From positions 1,472,001 to 1,536,000 of the forward strand of contig OY781066.1 of NCBI GenBank assembly GCA_963676395.1: a DNA stretch of 64,000 nt, read 5' to 3'. Both the position numbers and the translations under genes were made by a program. How positions within the stretch are numbered: position 1 is the first letter of the stretch; every line of letters begins with the position of its first letter. Origin of the DNA: a bacterium. GTDB lineage: Bacteria > Fidelibacterota > Fidelibacteria > Fidelibacterales > Fidelibacteraceae. The notes under the pieces are model-generated. The model made no database searches and was not told the DNA's origin. It saw only the letters and a program-made list of their open reading frames with translations. Shown here one piece after another: positions 60,726-64,000 of the stretch.

Positions 60726-61091
60726 TTACTTAAATCTCAATGAGTCATCATAAATACATAATGTGTAGTCATCATATATCCCACCAGGTATGATATGACC
60801 ATTTGAGAAATATCCGATAGTCTTAGAGAGTTCACCTACTTTAACGCGGAAAGCGCCATCCATTTTAAAAAGAATAGGATCAATCCACTGAAATGTTATA
60901 GAATCATTAACAGGAATAATGGTATTTATTTCAATTGAATCACTATAGATATAATTACCACTGTAGGCATACCACCATACAGAATCTATTTCATGAGAAC
61001 TGTAATTGTTTATTTGGATATTAATCGATTCTTCTTGAAAACAGCCAATAATAAACATAGATATTAATACTAAGTAAATATATTTTTTCAT
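60726..61091 (-). CDS. Hypothetical lipoprotein
   Basis: Lipobox IIGC, GYFSNG motif. Confidence 0.7.
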   Translation of the reverse strand: MKKYIYLVLISMFIIGCFQEESINIQINNYSSHEIDSVWWYAYSGNYIYSDSIEINTIIPVNDSITFQWIDPILFKMDGAFRVKVGELSKTIGYFSNGHIIPGGIYDDYTLCIYDDSLRFK

Positions 61092-61094
61092 GAT

Positions 61095-62120
61095 TTATTC
61101 CCATCCATCATCATTATCTTCTTCTAAATCATCAATATAAACTAAATTGTTTGGATAATTTGTAATTATGCTTGCTGTTGCAACTTTAATGGCAAATGAT
61201 GTTTTTTCATAAATTGCATCTGCAATACTATTATCGGATGGTGCCATTACGATAGTTTTTGTACCTTGTTTTTCTGTCCAAGCAACATTTGAGAAATAGT
61301 CACGTCCTATTTTATTGTTATGATAATCCATTTCACATTCCAAATTAAAATCTGCAAGGCTCATTGCTTGTGGTTTCTTTTGTCCCTCTTCATGTTTATC
61401 AGTAAATTTTTTTGCCCAGTTTACACATTTTTCAATTGAATTTTTTTTGTCACCAACATACTTTGCTATCAACACATTCCATATGGCATGCTTATATGCG
61501 TCTACAATATTTTTATATGAACGTATACCTGGGAATTTCCCCCATTCTTCATCGCTGGTTAATATGTTTGCTTGGTTAACAGCATCTCTGGTTGGAATTA
61601 TTAATCGAGGATGCCAGATTAATGTCCAAATTTCAGCAAAACTTATATTTGATCCATATCCACTAGCAGATTTACTTAAGCTAATTTGAGTTTTAGCAAG
61701 CGTATCAGCTAGTTCATATCTAATAATTTTTGTATAAAAGCTGTCTATAACATCAATATATTCATTAATATTATTTTCATTTAACTCTGAGAAATCATTT
61801 AATATTCTATCTATATTTGTTTCACTCAAATCAGTTGGATCAGGATATTTTTGCAAAATATTATCTGTAATTAAAGCTAGTTCTTCTAAGGTAATATCAA
61901 TATTATCATTGCTGATTTCTTTACCGAAACTTGATAAACTTTGGTAGTATAGGTTTTGTAGGTCGTTTAAATCCATATGTAAAACATTGTTATCAATTCC
62001 CACGGGCAATGTAACTTTAAATCCTTCAAAATTTGTCATGTCTATATCATCGTGATGTGTGAATTGACAACCAGTTATAATAACGGTAATTAAAACAAAA
62101 AAATAAATACTCTGTTTCAT
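61095..62120 (-). CDS. Lipoprotein with C-terminal DUF6973-like domain
   Basis: Lipobox ITGC; DAYKHAIWN...FTDKHEE...MDYHNNKIGR. Confidence 0.75.
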   Translation of the reverse strand: MKQSIYFFVLITVIITGCQFTHHDDIDMTNFEGFKVTLPVGIDNNVLHMDLNDLQNLYYQSLSSFGKEISNDNIDITLEELALITDNILQKYPDPTDLSETNIDRILNDFSELNENNINEYIDVIDSFYTKIIRYELADTLAKTQISLSKSASGYGSNISFAEIWTLIWHPRLIIPTRDAVNQANILTSDEEWGKFPGIRSYKNIVDAYKHAIWNVLIAKYVGDKKNSIEKCVNWAKKFTDKHEEGQKKPQAMSLADFNLECEMDYHNNKIGRDYFSNVAWTEKQGTKTIVMAPSDNSIADAIYEKTSFAIKVATASIITNYPNNLVYIDDLEEDNDDGWE

Positions 62121-62315
62121 TTTATCTACTTAATATTATTCGTTTGTTGAGGCAAGGATAGCTATAAATATTAATATTATCAAGAAATATGTTAACTTCT
62201 GAAGAAAGTAAATACACAAATAAAGTATAATCATAGATAAGCCACATGGTAATTGAAAATTTATCTTTTCCTTTTACCTCGTTTTTGTTTATTTTTATTT
62301 AAAAATAGGACTCTT

Positions 62316-62792
62316 ATGGACATAGTATTTATCATCATCGGTATACTTTTTATGATCTTTGGAATTGCAGGTTGTTTATTGCCGGTTATTCCCGGACCGC
62401 CATTGGCTTACATTGCTTTAATTATTTTGCATATGGCGCCCGGTCATTCATTTGATGGGAATTTTTTAATCATTATGGCAATTGTTGCCGTGGTCGCTAC
62501 CATTTTAGATAACTTTATGCCGGCATGGTCGGCTAAGAAGTCCGGAGGTTCTAAACGAGCCGTTTGGGGCTCGGTATTGGGACTTGCGGCAGGGATGATC
62601 TTTTTTCCACCTATTGGTTTGATCATTGGTCCTTTTATTGGAGCCGTGATCGGAGAACTTAGTACCGGAAAAGACGGAATCGACGCTTTAAAATCCGGAT
62701 TTAGTACTTTTGTCGGTTTTTTGGGTGGTGTGGTTCTTAAGCTTGTGGCTTCGGGAGTGATGTTGTTTTATTTTTTGAAAGAAGCGTTTTAA
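62316..62792 (+). CDS. DUF456 family membrane protein
   Basis: GCLLPVIPGPPL, KKSGGSK..VWG, IIGPFIGAVIGEL. Confidence 0.88.
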   Translation: MDIVFIIIGILFMIFGIAGCLLPVIPGPPLAYIALIILHMAPGHSFDGNFLIIMAIVAVVATILDNFMPAWSAKKSGGSKRAVWGSVLGLAAGMIFFPPIGLIIGPFIGAVIGELSTGKDGIDALKSGFSTFVGFLGGVVLKLVASGVMLFYFLKEAF

Positions 62793-62828
62793 GATAGTAT
62801 CTCGTAAAATATATAAAAATTAACCATG

Positions 62829-62858
62829 TGTAGGGAACGGTCGTGACCGTTCCTTACA
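62829..62858. repeat. GTAG-type REP palindrome
   Basis: TGTAGGGAACGGTC-GT-GACCGTTCCTTACA. Confidence 0.8.
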
Positions 62859-62897
62859 TTTTTAATTGAAATAAATTACGCATTATTATTGCTATAA

Positions 62898-62974
62898 GTG
62901 AAAAAAGACAGCCGGGGAGGCTGCTCTTTTCTATATGTTCCCGGGGAGGGAAGGTAGGATAAATTTTTTCTTCA
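62898..62974 (-). ncRNA. Candidate sRNA 1 (C/U-rich, ends in intrinsic terminator)
   Basis: Downstream of an AACTT-N15-GTCTCA promoter-like motif. Contains CCTCCCCGG twice. Ends with a CAGCC-TCCCC-GGCTG hairpin and TCTTTTTT. No ORF. Confidence 0.5.
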
Positions 62975-62978
62975 TTGT

Positions 62979-63006
62979 TGAGACTCCCAAATATGTCAAA
63001 AGTTGC
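62979..63006 (-). promoter_or_regulatory. Candidate sigmaE-like ECF promoter
   Basis: GCAACTT-N15-GTCTCA, equivalent to the RpoE-type AACTT-N16-TCTNA spacing. Confidence 0.55.
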
Positions 63007-63224
63007 AGATTTATTTCATTTTGTTTAAATATTTTTTCTATTGTCCCTGTGTGGGAAGGAATGGATATTTATTTTATTCATTTGTTAAACACGGAATTTG
63101 GTGGAATGTTAATGAAATGTTTTAATCAAATTTTAAAGGGCGACACCCGTACAATTGCAGGAAAATAATATCCTGTTATCTCGTTTAAAGAAGTCTTGTC
63201 CATCCCGTCATATATCATCATGTT

Positions 63225-63298
63225 AAAACACAAAAGGCGTTCGTCATTCAACGAACGCCTTAACCCGGATGGGTGAAGAAGGATTTTTTACTCTCTCG
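63225..63298 (-). ncRNA. Candidate sRNA 2 (C/U-rich, ends in intrinsic terminator)
   Basis: Downstream of AACTT-N15-GTCTAA. AAAAAATCCTTCTTCACCCATCCGGG, then an 11-bp stem AAGGCGTTCGT/ACGAACGCCTT and TTGTGTTTT. Confidence 0.5.
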
Positions 63299-63302
63299 CA
63301 AA

Positions 63303-63330
63303 TTAGACACAGAGGGTATATAGAAGTTAA
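63303..63330 (-). promoter_or_regulatory. Candidate sigmaE-like ECF promoter
   Basis: TTAACTT-N15-GTCTAA, same spacing as the 62979..63006 motif. Confidence 0.55.
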
Positions 63331-63398
63331 CAAAAAAATAATCATCGAATGTTAGGAAGCTCCGAAGTATTGGAGCGATCGTTTTCTGCAGAGTATAT

Positions 63399-63426
63399 AA
63401 AAAAACACCCGCCTTTCGACGGGTGC
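63399..63426 (-). terminator. Intrinsic terminator of the last CDS
   Basis: Minus strand CACCCGTC-GAAA-GGCGGGTG followed by TTTTTTT. Confidence 0.85.
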
Positions 63427-63455
63427 TGTATGAAAGAATAAATTTATGATCGGTT

Positions 63456-63998
63456 TTATCGAACATGTAGGAACCAAGTGTTCATTTCTACCGGAGCATC
63501 TTTATCTAGAAAAGCTGCTGTTGCGATCATACGAACGCGAAGTTTACTCTGGCCACGGCCTTTCATAACGCTACCGCTATAGATATTATCGTCAGCTGTT
63601 AGATCTAAGCCTTCACCATCATCAAGCAGTTTAAAATAACGACCGGTAGAGCCGAGTACATTTACATCATCATCACCGTCGATCAGAACATAAACCTCAG
63701 TTGATTGACGTCCCGGACGTTCACGATATGATCCCCAGTCTTTTTTGCCACGAACAACGGGGTAAAGTTTTTCCGGATCATCATAAACAAGTGCAATTGA
63801 ATCATTGTCTGCTTCAAGTGTTACACTTTCAATTGAGTTTACTATGCCATCTGTTTCACCTGCTGCAATACTTTTAGCAGTTAGCTTCCAACGATATTCT
63901 ACTGTGTCACCGGCGGTTGAATCACTCATGCATGAATCTTCACATTCTACTTGAACAAACTGCATGTAAGAAGTTGTAACATAGGTGTAAGCTTTTTC
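63456..63998 (-). CDS. 3' part of a hypothetical exported protein with an LxDDG..D..ADD..YS (choice-of-anchor X-like) motif
   Basis: The frame stays open upstream of the listed ATG to the window edge. Contains LLDDGEGLDLTADDNIYSG. Confidence 0.65.
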   Translation of the reverse strand, partial: EKAYTYVTTSYMQFVQVECEDSCMSDSTAGDTVEYRWKLTAKSIAAGETDGIVNSIESVTLEADNDSIALVYDDPEKLYPVVRGKKDWGSYRERPGRQSTEVYVLIDGDDDVNVLGSTGRYFKLLDDGEGLDLTADDNIYSGSVMKGRGQSKLRVRMIATAAFLDKDAPVEMNTWFLHVR

Positions 63999-64000
63999 CC

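Noticed and set aside
62935..63466. ORFs 62935..63168 (+) and 63260..63466 (-)
   Set aside because: No recognisable motifs or SD. The minus-strand one runs through a clear terminator and a promoter-like motif.

Overview
AT-rich bacterial chromosomal window with most genes on the minus strand. Secreted proteins ending in YPNPFNP/FlgD-Ig (T9SS-type) C-terminal domains, TonB-dependent receptors, many lipoproteins and SD-led genes suggest an anaerobic FCB-group organism such as a Marinimicrobia-like lineage (inference). Contents: three CotH-family kinases (one partial), a FetAB-type ABC pair, a Vor-type 2-oxoacid:ferredoxin oxidoreductase operon, rseP, two TonB-dependent receptors, a GH18 and a decayed GH18 paralog, dnaG, lgt, a multi-PAS hybrid kinase, an ABC-2 exporter, a thiamine salvage operon (methyltransferase-thiM-thiE-thiL-thiD-tenA), an accessory patch of small genes, pseudogenes and REP-like palindromes, mtaB, a cysteine-ligand-less LeuC/aconitase-like protein, and an AmpG/SpoIID cell-wall pair. 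No rRNA, tRNA, CRISPR array, integrase or transposase was seen. Best leads: (1) two tandem, related ~75-nt non-coding units near 62.9-63.3 kb, each with an identically spaced sigmaE-like promoter (AACTT-N15-GTCT), a C/U-rich anti-SD-like tract and an intrinsic terminator (candidate ECF-dependent sibling sRNAs); (2) the LeuC-like pseudoenzyme coupled to 3D-domain and mtaB genes; (3) a His-rich CxxC/RAPP leader upstream of a TonB receptor; (4) perfect heptamer arrays that start at stop codons. Family assignments come from motif recognition only; no searches were run.
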